Shown here: positions 25,780-37,100 of the stretch, piece by piece
How the letters are laid out: each line of letters starts with the position of its first letter
Position numbering within the stretch: position 1 is the first letter of the stretch
Assembly (NCBI RefSeq): GCF_002571385.2
Contig: NW_019217855.1
Span: forward strand, 843,830 to 907,829
Direction: 5' to 3'
Length of the DNA stretch: 64,000 nucleotides
From: Stylophora pistillata
Taxonomy: Eukaryota
Made by a program: the position numbers and the translations under genes
Notes under the pieces: generated by a model
Database searches by the model: none
Told to the model about the DNA's origin: nothing
What the model saw: the letters and a program-made list of their open reading frames with translations, nothing else

Positions 25780-26717
25780 ATTAAGGGTTCCCACAGTCAT
25801 TGGTTTTCAAAACTCCCGGAGTTTTCTCAATGAAAGAGTAAAATTTCTCCTTAACAAACCAATACTGTGCATGGCACAGCACATCTTTTTACCAAAAGAA
25901 ACATTAAACATCACATTTTAACTTCTTTATAGTATCACATTCCTGAATCCATATAACAGCTCTGAGAAATGAGAAATGATTGCTTTCTGCAAACAAAAAT
26001 ACAAAGTTTTTTAAACTCGAAATGACAAAAAAAAAAAACCTTACTTCAGATATCAGAAGTGCAGTAAATTGTTGTTATTTACTACCACTACATGTAAACC
26101 CTTGCAAGTGCAGTCCTTGCAAATTGCCTGCATGCCCCATCTTGGGAGGGGGGGGGGACACTTGTGTTCATTTAACTGTAAGTACACTGCCTCTTTGAAG
26201 GGCTGTGCAGTAACAGCGATGCGGAAAATTTCATGATAGTACAAGAAACTTACAGCAACTGTGGATCCATTCTTCCCCTTTCCACCTGTATATATTTGAA
26301 GAAATATTTATGAAAGATTGTAAATTGTTCCACACATAGTACCCCCAAAGATAACATCCTTGTATATGACACTGAAGTAAGGAACCTGGCCATAATCAAG
26401 AATCAGGATACATACCATTTACTTCTTTATTCCAACAAAGTGTGGACAAAAAAGACTTTAAGTAAGTATATGTAGTACAAAAAGGGGAAATACTGGCTGA
26501 AAAAGCCATTGATTTTCCTCCAGGGCAATCAGCTTCACTTTCTCACTGTTCACCAGGCAAATCCCTGAACAAGTCACTTTTCAACTCAGTCCCAAAGAGG
26601 AGGCCAGATTTCTTGTTGTAGACACCTGTTCCTTATCATGTCTGAACATTACTTTCTAACAAATGCATACATCAACCATTTCACTTCCAAGATCTCAAGA
26701 GTAAACCCCCTTACTGT
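25780..26717 (-). pseudogene. diverged duplicate of CEPT1/CHPT1 exon 4 (26254-26385) with flanking introns; nonsense codon
   Basis: Aligns by eye to 51663-52601 with scattered substitutions and indels. Ser codon TCA is changed to TAA at 26308-26310 (minus strand). Confidence 0.85.
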
Positions 26718-26980
26718 GGTGGAATAGTCATGTTAACTACATATATAAAAAAGCTTGCAAGAAGCTCTACTCTCTACGTATTCTACGTCGAGCTGGCGTT
26801 GACCAAGGTAGCATGTTAAAGGTCTATACAAGCGCTGTTAGATCTATTGTAGAGTACGCCGTACCAGTATGGCAATCCATTCCAGGTTATCTGTCTGACA
26901 AAATTGAATCAATACAGAAAAGGGTGCTTAAGATAGTTTTCCCATGTGCCGATAGTTACTCAGATGCCCTCAAGTTAGTT
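26718..26980 (+). mobile_element. LINE ORF2 C-terminal fragment
   Basis: Translates WNSHVNYIYKKACKKLYSLRILRRAGVDQGSMLKVYTSAVRSIVEYAVPVWQSIPGYLSDKIESIQKRVLKIVFP, the same region type as the element at 2278-3576. Confidence 0.85.
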
Positions 26981-27161
26981 CAGGCCTGAAATTTTTTTCA
27001 GGTCTGATTTTCACTATTGCTCAAATAGTGCTTTACTGCGAAGGATTGTGCATATATACGTTTCATAACCGCAGTTCATACATATGTTTCATATGTTTGT
27101 TGTTGTTTGATTTATCATCTACGGGTTTATGTCGAATTAATTTGATGGCCTGCTCCCAGTT

Positions 27162-27234
27162 GGCTTGTTAGCTCAATTGGTAGAGCGCTGCACTAGTATC
27201 GCAGAGGTCAGTGGTTCGAATCCCGTACAGGCCT
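27162..27234 (+). tRNA. tRNA-Thr(AGT)-like, probably pseudo/repeat-derived
   Basis: 73-nt cloverleaf: acceptor GGCTTGT/ACAGGCC, D arm GCTC/GAGC, anticodon loop CT-AGT-AT, T loop TTCGAAT. It has one anticodon-stem mismatch and two T-stem mismatches, and a T-run follows. Confidence 0.55.
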
Positions 27235-27408
27235 GAAATTTTTTTCAGGTCTGATTTTCACTATTGCTCAAATAGTGCTTTACTGCGAAGGATCGTGCAT
27301 ATATACGTTTCATAACCGCAGTTCATACATATGTTTCATATGTTTGTTGTTGTTTGATTTATCATCTACGGGTTTATGTCGAATTAATTTGATGGCCTGC
27401 TCCCAGTT

Positions 27409-27481
27409 GGCTTGTTAGCTCAATTGGTAGAGCGCTGCACTAGTATCGCAGAGGTCAGTGGTTCGAATCCCGTACAGGCCT
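27409..27481 (+). tRNA. tRNA-Thr(AGT)-like, second copy
   Basis: Identical to 27162-27234. Confidence 0.55.
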
Positions 27482-27603
27482 GAANNNNNNNNNNNNNNNN
27501 NNNNNNNNNNNNNNNNNNNNNNNNNNNNNNNNNNNNNNNNNNNNNNNNNNNNNNNNNNNNNNNNNNNNNNNNNNNNNNNNNNNNNNNNNNNNNNNNNNNN
27601 NNN

Positions 27604-30123
27604 GAGGGGGAGGGGAGGGGAGGGGAGGGGGAAGACTTAGTTTTCAAAGAGAACGGGGGCAAAAGTCGTCTTAATAGAGGATAAGGAGGACCATAGGCAG
27701 TTGACTTCCAGTGAGGGGAGGTCATTAGCTAGAATACTACAGAGCCTCATGGGGGATCAAGTAAATTTGATTGTAGCATAATCAAAATCCTCCTATCATG
27801 GCCCCCACAGGAGATAAATAATGACCGGTCCCCCAAGGGATATGTATCCTCACTTCCTGTTACTCATTTCCTCATCACTAAGTAAACAGAAGTCAAGATA
27901 GCCTACTCGAACTAATGAAATTTCATTTTCTCATCACTTTTTGGTGGGATGATCTCCTGATATTGAAGAGATAAGTTACAAACTGGTAAATCACTTCCAC
28001 GATTTAGATGAGATGGCATATCATGTGGGATACAGAAGCGGGGAGAGGGTTTAAGAAAAAGTTTGGTTCCCGTGACTTCAAAATGCAACAAATTAATCCA
28101 GTTTACTGCAGTCTTTATTATATTCTCGTGGTGAAATAACAAAGGAAACGTATCGAAACTTTTAAAACTTTTTGGCAATCACACCGGTCGAGAAACTAAT
28201 GTGAATATGTCTTCCTTCAACCTAATACTTTGGCTGGTCTACCTGCGCAGGTAAAAGGATAAAAATAAATTAGAATTTCAACACAGTTTAAAGAACTCAG
28301 CTTCTAATCCTGTTTATAAGGAAGACGCTATGTAGATGCGGTAGTCATTGGTCCTCCAACAAATTAACCCCACCTCCCTCTACCACTTGGGTTGGTGCCA
28401 TGAACGGGGTATTGAAATTCTTCACAGCACGAAGTGATTTGTTGCCCTTTCAAACTCAACTTCTAAAAACCATGTCAGAATCAGACTATTCAATTGGATG
28501 AGTAATATTTTTATTGAGTAGCAAAGTGAATTGTAAGCTCCGGTAGGAATCAACGAAGTTGGCGTCAAGAATATCGACACTTAAGCCGAGTCCATCCATC
28601 CCTGACGGTATTTTCAGAGCTGACCACTGCAAGATGTCAAAAACGAATAAGTAGCGGATATCAAAGAACCCATGCACTTTTCGCAAAGAATAGGGAACGT
28701 AACACCTCATGTTATGGTCTGGCCTTGTTATTGTTTATGTAGGCCCCCATTTTTATAGTGAACTTTAATTAACAAATGGTAAACACCACAGCGAACACTA
28801 TTGAGTTATGGATGCACGCGGGAGGTTGCTAAGCACTCAAGAAGCTAGAGTCGCTCTCGGCTATCGCCGAGAGCGACTCTAGCTTCTTGAGTGCTTAGCA
28901 ACCTCCCGCGTGCATCCATAACTCAATAGTGTTCGCTGTGGTGTTTACCATTTGTTAATTAAAGTTCACTATAAAAATGGGGGCCTACATAAACAATAAC
29001 AAGGCCAGACCATAACATGAGGTGTTACGTTCCCTATTCTTTGCGAAAAGTGCATGGGTTCTTTGATATCCGCTACTTATTCGTTTTTGACATCTTGCAG
29101 TGGTCAGCTCTGAAAATACCGTCAGGGATGGATGGACTCGGCTTAAGTGTCGATATTCTTGACGCCAACTTCGTTGATTCCTACCGGAGCTTACAATTCA
29201 CTTTGCTACTCAATAAAAATATTACTCATCCAATTGAATAGTCTGATTCTGACATGGTTTTTAGAAGTTGAGTTTGAAAGGGCAACAAATCACTTCGTGC
29301 TGTGAAGAATTTCAATACCCCGTTCATGGCACCAACCCAAGTGGTAGAGGGAGGTGGGGTTAATTTGTTGGAGGACCAATGACTACCGCATCTACATAGC
29401 GTCTTCCTTATAAACAGGATTAGAAGCTGAGTTCTTTAAACTGTGTTGAAATTCTAATTTATTTTTATCCTTTTACCTGCGCAGGTAGACCAGCCAAAGT
29501 ATTAGGTTGAAGGAAGACATATTCACATTAGTTTCTCGACCGGTGTGATTGCCAAAAAGTTTTAAAAGTTTCGATACGTTTCCTTTGTTATTTCACCACG
29601 AGAATATAATAAAGACTGCAGTAAACTGGATTAATTTGTTGCATTTTGAAGTCACGGGAACCAAACTTTTTCTTAAACCCTCTCCCCGCTTCTGTATCCC
29701 ACATGATATGCCATCTCATCTAAATCGTGGAAGTGATTTACCAGTTTGTAACTTATCTCTTCAATATCAGGAGATCATCCCACCAAAAAGTGATGAGAAA
29801 ATGAAATTTCATTAGTTCGAGTAGGCTATCTTGACTTCTGTTTACTTAGTGATGAGGAAATGAGTAACAGGAAGTGAGGATACATATCCCTTGGGGGACC
29901 GGTCATTATTTATCTCCTGTGGGGGCCATGATAGGAGGATTTTGATTATGCTACAATCAAATTTACTTGATCCCCCATGAGGCTCTGTAGTATTCTAGCT
30001 AATGACCTCCCCTCACTGGAAGTCAACTGCCTATGGTCCTCCTTATCCTCTATTAAGACGACTTTTGCCCCCGTTCTCTTTGAAAACTAAGTCTTCCCCC
30101 TCCCCTCCCCTCCCCTCCCCCTC
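27604..30123. repeat. perfect 2.52-kb palindrome (1258-bp arms, 4-nt loop TATC at 28862-28865)
   Basis: Mirror ORFs 27912-28178(-)/29549-29815(+) and 28486-28710(-)/29017-29241(+) are identical and their coordinates sum to 57727. The left arm stops at the N gap. Confidence 0.95.
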
Positions 30124-31110
30124 CCAAAAAAGTCCTGCGGTCGATAAATGATAACACATGGTCTCTAAGATGACATCTTAAAGACCATGCGGTCTATGGT
30201 CTCCCCTTATCCTCTTTTACGACGACTGCTCCCCCCGTTCTCTTTGGAAACTAAGGGTCTTCCTTCCCCCCCCCCCCAAAAAAAAAAAAATCCTCCCGTC
30301 GCTACATGATAACGTATGGTCTCTAAGATGCCATCTTGGAGATCATGCGGTTTTAAAAAAAAAATGTTCATCCTTCGACTTATGAAAATGAAGTTTGCAA
30401 GTGGGAAAGAATATTTGTCCTGCAAATGGGTTGCCAGCTCTATTTTGATCAAAATCTTCTCTTACAAGGTCATATTTTCTCTTAGTGTGCAGGTGCCTAT
30501 GAACAGAATTTACATCAAGCAGTTTCTAAAAGAGTTGTTGAATCGTTTGTCCTAACGGGGTGAAAAAACTTCTTCAACGTGCCAAAACATTTTTCATGCT
30601 GTTAGGTGTTCGAAAATACGGCCAGATTTTCAGTGCGTGGACATTTTCTGTCAGAAAAAGGTGGACCCGAGGGAAAATTGTTACCTTTCTGTATACGCTT
30701 GGAACTAAACGTTCACAAACAGATGTCAATGACTTTCCAGAGCGTTATTAGAAAAAAATACATTTATTTTTTCTTTCGTTCGTAGAAACGGTAGAGTTAG
30801 GTCCACTTAACCTTAATCAACATGAAAAGAAAACTCTCATGGCTTTGAACGCAAAGTTGTAAAGGTTACTAGAGGTTACTCTAACGAGTCTTAAAGTATG
30901 TGGCCGGAGGTCCTGGGGATGAATGTGTTGCAGTCTGGATCCCAATCTTTACACGGCCAGTAATATTTCGACATTTTCTCAGTGCATGATGGAAATATAC
31001 GTAACCTTTTGTTGCTCATTTTCGGTTTCGTAATCTCACAGCTTTGGATCGAAACCAGTTTGATACGAAAAGCTTGGCTAGTTCACTAAGCGGTGTTGAG
31101 GACAGAGAGG

Positions 31111-34100
31111 ATGGGAAAGCCTAAGGAAGGTGCTAGCCACCAAAATGGGCAGGCGCATGATAAGGACATCGTTAGGGCTAATGGACACGATAAAGGAGAT
31201 GATCGACGGCCGTTTAGCATTAAGTGTGAGTGGGACATCAAACAGACTCAGCAGTTCTCTGACGATGGAACCAACACTTATTTCTGGTGAGCCAAGCCGT
31301 AGTTAATTAAATTTTGGTTGCGCTCGATCGCTCTTATTTGCGTGATAAATATACTTCCCCGGCAGGTGTATTAAGCAGTGTTAAGTAATCATGCCTTGAT
31401 TACTTTATGTACATAGCAGCTTCGATCGATAAAACTCTCGACACAGTGCTTTATTTTGCATCAGTTTACTAATTTTCGATATTTTATATTCGCTTAAATA
31501 AGGGCTTTTTTCTCGGGTGAGGTTTCATGCTTGTATCTGATGTTAACATGTGCGATTGGTCCTTGCAAATGCTGGGCCAAAAAAGGTTAGGCCAGCAGCA
31601 TGTCCATGCATGTTGCGATCATTTGTTGCTCTTTGAAGATTATACATGTTTTATTTGTTAATTATTGAGCCCAATCAAATTTTGTTTGCTATGCCACAGA
31701 AAACAGTTTTTAAATGAGGGGGTTCAAAATAGTTTATGCTACACCAGTTACCACATTCTGAGGTAAAATAAAATTGTTCAAAAACTGAGAGACCTGGAAA
31801 CAGCAAATCTCGAATTAGTGATCGTAGTCTGAAGTACGCCATTCGTTATCGTGGAAGTAGGATTTAAGTCCTAGATCAAATTTAAAATTTCATGCAATCC
31901 ACAACCTAACTTCCTAGTTTAAAAATTACGACCTCAACGAGAGAGTCACTTCAGTTTTGACCACAAATTCACTTATCTTACCGAGGAAGTAGTAAAATAA
32001 TATGAAAGGGTCTGTTTGAGGATATACGCTATTGAAATCAATACAACAAAAGGTATAACAAATTCTAAAATTCAGTAATACAAATATTAAGAAAAAAAAT
32101 TAACATCAAAACATATCGCTGTATTCTGCCATGACTAATCTAACAATGTCATACCCCTGTGAGTTCAGTGAAGAGATCCTTATGATTTTTTGACCAAATC
32201 TAGCCAACCAAATTTTCCACCATATGCACGACGCGATCTCGCCATAAAGTTGAAAATGCATCAGTAAACGAAAAACAAGAAAAAAAAAAAACGCCAAAAG
32301 GCTTGAGAACCCTCGAGGCGCAAAAGAGGATGTACCATGTATGTTTTTTTTCCTGTAAGAATCAAAATTGGAAATAATTTTCAATCTCCTGATATAATGA
32401 TGATAAACATTTATTGCCAAAAATAATTACCCACATATTCACCTAAAGATTTCGCCGGGTATTTAGAAATTGGATAATTAAATTGGGCAAAAAAAGGGAA
32501 GAATATTTAAGATATTTACGATTTTGGAAGAAAATAAGTTATCTCATCATGAAAAACAAAGAAGATCACCTCTCACATTTCTGACTTGCAAATTGAATCT
32601 GGGAACTTAAGGGCGTGCTCTTTCGACAGTACTTTGTGAAGCTGAAATTCGTGCAAAACAACGTTTTGCCACAGAGTCGGAACTGATTTGAATATTGCGT
32701 GATTAATTTTTACTTCACGCCAAAAGCAAAAACCTAGTCTAACATAAGCTGTTCTAATGCTATATGATGCTCATCATCCATCCATATAGAAACATTTTCT
32801 ATGAAGATAAATATCGGTTTTATACTGCATGATATGGGATGTTTGTCAATGAAAATTGCGGTTCAGAGCATTGAGTTGTTCGGTGACTTTGCAAAAGAGT
32901 CCTTCAGGATGTATAAGTTTGTTTATTTACTTCAGAATAATACAGGAAAAGAGTTAATAAACACAATATCGGGCGGTGAGCTCCGGCGAGAACTAATTGA
33001 CATTTTCACACCACAAAAAGCCCCTGGTTCAATCTGAGGCTAGTATTACTATTGATCTAATCGGTCAGATGAAATATTTTTTTCAATGGAAAGTGAAAAC
33101 ACTTCGGATGGAAAATCACCCCGGTTGAAACGAANNNNNNNNNNNNNNNNNNNNNNNNNNNNNNNNNNNNNNNNNNNNNNNNNNNNNNNNNNNNNNNNNN
33201 NNNNNNNNNNNNNNNNNNNNNNNNNNNNNNNNNNNNNNNNNNNNNNNNNNNNNNNNNNNNNNNNNNNNNNNNNNNNNNNNNNNNNNNNNNNNNNNNNNNN
33301 NNNNNNNNNNNNNNNNNNNNNNNNNNNNNNNNNNNNNNNNNNNNNNNNNNNNNNNNNNNNNNNNNNNNNNNNNNNNNNNNNNNNNNNNNNNNNNNNNNNN
33401 NNNNNNNNNNNNNNNNNNNNNNNNNNNNNNNNNNNNNNNNNNNNNNNNNNNNNNNNNNNNNNATATTCTCCCAGTACGGCCCTCGCGCTTGGTTAATAAG
33501 ATATATGTAATACCAGTGCTTGTAAATTTAATGACAATGCCCCATGACAATGGATGAGACCTACTTGTGCAAACTATTCAGCTTCTAAAATTTTTGTGGT
33601 TTGTAATTTTTGTCAGGAGAGCACATACAGTGACAGTTCTTCTGATTATGCTGTGTGTCTTGGTTTATGTTGGAGCTTTTGAAAAAACTAAGGAAAACAG
33701 TGAATACAATACAAAGAGGTATGGTGATTATTTATCTTAAAAAAACTGGTAACTTGATTCCAGGCCCCAGTCATAAGTATATTTTAACTCTTTACACTTT
33801 ACCATCAAAAGACATATTCTCCATTCTGGTCTCTTAACATTTCTAAGGTGCTAACAAGGATTTTTATGAGCTCCTTCCATTGCTGATCATTTCCTAATTT
33901 TTTTTTGTGACCTTGGTGTGATTCAGAGATAAAATTGTATGGAAAGAACTACTATCTAGCATGCCTTTTAAGGCATCTGATTTAAACTGCTGATTTTGAG
34001 TTGGCAAACTGCTGCTTTAGTTAAGTACCTATGATATTTTTCTTAATTTAAGTTACTCCTTGTCTCCTTTTTACTAACTTTAAACTCTTTCTAACATTTG

Positions 34101-37100
34101 AGATTCTTGTGCAGAGCCACTGTATCTATTTGTTCCCTTTGCATTCATTTCAAACTCTTTCTAACAATAGAGGTTTTTGTGCAGAGCCACTGTTACTATT
34201 TGTACCCTTTTTACTCACTTTAAACTCTTTCGAACAATGGAAATTGTTGTGCAGAGCCACTGTAACTATTTCCCATGTAAAAAAAAGTTGGGATCCCTGG
34301 CGGGATAGGCGGGATCCCAGGTGGGATGGATGGGATCCCGGGTGGGAAAGGTGGGATCCCGGGTGGGATGGGCGGGATCCCGGGTGAGAAAGGTAAGATC
34401 CTGGGTAAGATAGGTGGGATCTCGGGTGGGATAAGTGGGATCTTGTTTCATCTTGGATTGTTTAAAAGTGATCCCAGAATGAGGTAATAAATACTGGCTG
34501 GATCTAAGAAAATATAGATCAGGTTCCCAGATGATGAATGTACAATTCTGGATTTGACAAAGGAAATGACAACCAGTTGAGATAGGTAGGATAATTCCCT
34601 CATAAAGTGTGAGAGTTGGATCTGTGTTAGTCAAAAGATGGAATCCCATGTTGCAAAGTTGTTTCATACATAGGTTTACAATCTAACCAATTTCTTCATA
34701 TTTCAAAACTATGAAAGATTATCAGGTATCAGCAAATACATGTATTTGTTTTAGACAAGGTGCATATAAATACGAATTACATTAATTACTCATTTACATG
34801 TAAGGTTGTACAATGTCTGTGCCACTTTGCTGATTCAAAGGAAATTGTGTGAGACTCATTTTTGGTCTGTATGTTAATTCCTTTCCACCAGATTAGGAAA
34901 TCTGCTCACATAAACATCATTCCTTCCAGACATTTCTACTTTCAAACAAATCTGCTTTAAATCTGAGGAAATTGACATATGTGTAGGTGATCAAACAGAG
35001 GGAGTTAGAAATCGAGGACCCAGCCATCTTTTAAATTGTCATCATATGCCAGTAATGATATCTGAATTTCCCCTACAAGGAGACCATAATTTATTTGATT
35101 AAATGCAGACCAAGAATTGAGTGTCCAAACCACCAAACTTTTAAACAATTAATTGTGCAAAACTACTAAGATCTCTATGGAAAATAGCATATATTGATTG
35201 AGTGACATGTAATATTTTGCAAAAGGGATCTTCTCAGCCATGTCTTTTAAAAATCCTCTTTATTGTGGTATTTAACCTTGTGTCCTTCAACAAGAACAAA
35301 ATTAATACTGATTTATACAAATGTAGGGTCCAGAAAAAATTCACACAACCAATTTTCTATCTGTACATCAATTTACTTGCTTTGCAAATCTAACATGAAA
35401 ACAGCTCAACCTTTTAATAAACAAGTGGGTCATTGTTTTCTTCAAAAGTGTTCAGCTTACTTGGATCAGCTGTCCCGCCATTATCGATCGTCAATTGATC
35501 CTATATCTGGAATTATTTCATTACTGTTCGGTTCTTCTACGTTTTCATAAATGTGTGAAGGAATTTCTTCATAATTTCATACTTCAACGCAATCCACAAA
35601 TTAGCCTGACTCAAAAACTGTGTCCTGCAGTGTGAATCCTGACCATCCATTTTCAGCTGCTGAAGAATTCGAAACCAGCGATCTGTTCGAACCATCGATG
35701 TGATCTTCAAAACACAGTGGAGTTAATAGAGGGGTTGGTCTGAAATTATTACAGCTTGGAGCTTCGATTAAAGCATTCCTCACAAGACAACTCAAGCTTT
35801 GGTGGCAAAGGATTTGCAACGCAATGAAAAGGTGTTGAAATGCTTGCGTTTCTTTAAATCAATCCATTTGGCCGCCATCTTGCTTTACACTGTAGATGGA
35901 CGAGGGGGAATGGAACCAAAAGTATAAAACGTGTTTGATTGGTTATGCTGGAATTTCACAGCTTTTTCGGTAAACTTTGTTCTTTGGTGGCACTTTTGTT
36001 TTCTTTTCGCGGTGTGAAAAAAATTTCAGTTATTCAAATGCTTGCACGTGGCGTCGTTTTAGCATGCTGCAGACTTATAGTTTGGCTTACCGATAAAGAT
36101 CAGCTCTGCAAAATGTCAAAAAGGAATCAACGAATAACCAAAGCATCAACATGTTGTCAAGAGGTAATGGTGAGTGACACCCATTTTTTTAGTGGTGAAA
36201 CTTAAAACTTTTTTTGTTTATTTCATTTATAGTTGTGAATGATCCTATCGAAACTATGAAATAATTGTTTGTAGCAGGACTTACTTCAAATGGATAAGCT
36301 TAGTTGCTTATACCTGGTTTCCCTAAGTATAGACTTTCACCTTGTGAAATTTGCTGAGGATGGAATAAAGTGCCTGTTCAGTTGAGGTAAATTTGAGATT
36401 GCCGGTGATGATGTTGAGGCAGCCTCCTTGTGTGACACGTTCTCGGAGGATGCAAATAGCAAAGGGCTGGTTCCCAGGGATAATTCTCACTTTTCGTGGT
36501 ATGTAAACTGAATAACCGCTCATTTTTATTTTTTATCTCAACAATTCAATTCTTTAAATGGTCCTTTGCCTCTCTTTCACATTTCAAAGGTAAAGAGTGT
36601 TTGATAAAACTAATATGAATTACTTTCTTCTTTGCCAGTAACTAAGCCATCGTGATGATATTTTTTTATGAAGTGATGGTCTTTTGCAGAATTGATTACT
36701 ACTTCCCTTGCTAACCAAGCTTACACTGTCACTTTGGACCATGTCTTTCATCATTTTGATTGATTGATTCTAGTTAAGGAAGGGGGCTATATATTCTAAG
36801 TGGTGATCTCAATCTCTGGCAATCTAGGTGCAGTGTGCATCATGCACAGGTCAAACAAACTACTGTACTCTCCTTGCTTGAAATTTTTGTTAGTATTTAG
36901 ATTATGAAACTCCATGTTACCAACATAATCAACTGTCGGGCTGTTTGTTGGTAATCCACAGTTTCAATCATTTAAGAACTGACTTGAACATTTGTCTTTT
37001 TATTGCTTCCTAGGTTTTGTTCTGGATGAGAAAAGTTATAGAAAGCAGCCTGCCACAGTTGTAAAGAAAACCTTGCAAGATAAGTGCTTTGGAGCTTGTA

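Larger units (their letters stand above)
26981..27484 (+). repeat. 247-bp tandem array, each unit containing a tRNA-like sequence; runs into an N gap
   Basis: Units start CAGGCCTGAAA at 26981 and 27228, and a third starts at 27475. The copies are nearly identical. Confidence 0.92.

Noticed and set aside
27912-29815. Paired 88-aa and 74-aa ORFs in the palindrome arms
   Set aside because: No recognisable domain; their duplication simply reflects the palindrome.
33086-33550. Long ORFs spanning N runs (also 27420-27725 and 42297-43112)
   Set aside because: Artefacts of translating assembly gaps.
34266-34667. Repetitive WDPR/TRDPT ORFs (also 37537-37879)
   Set aside because: Translations of the transposon's subterminal GGGATCCC repeats, not proteins.
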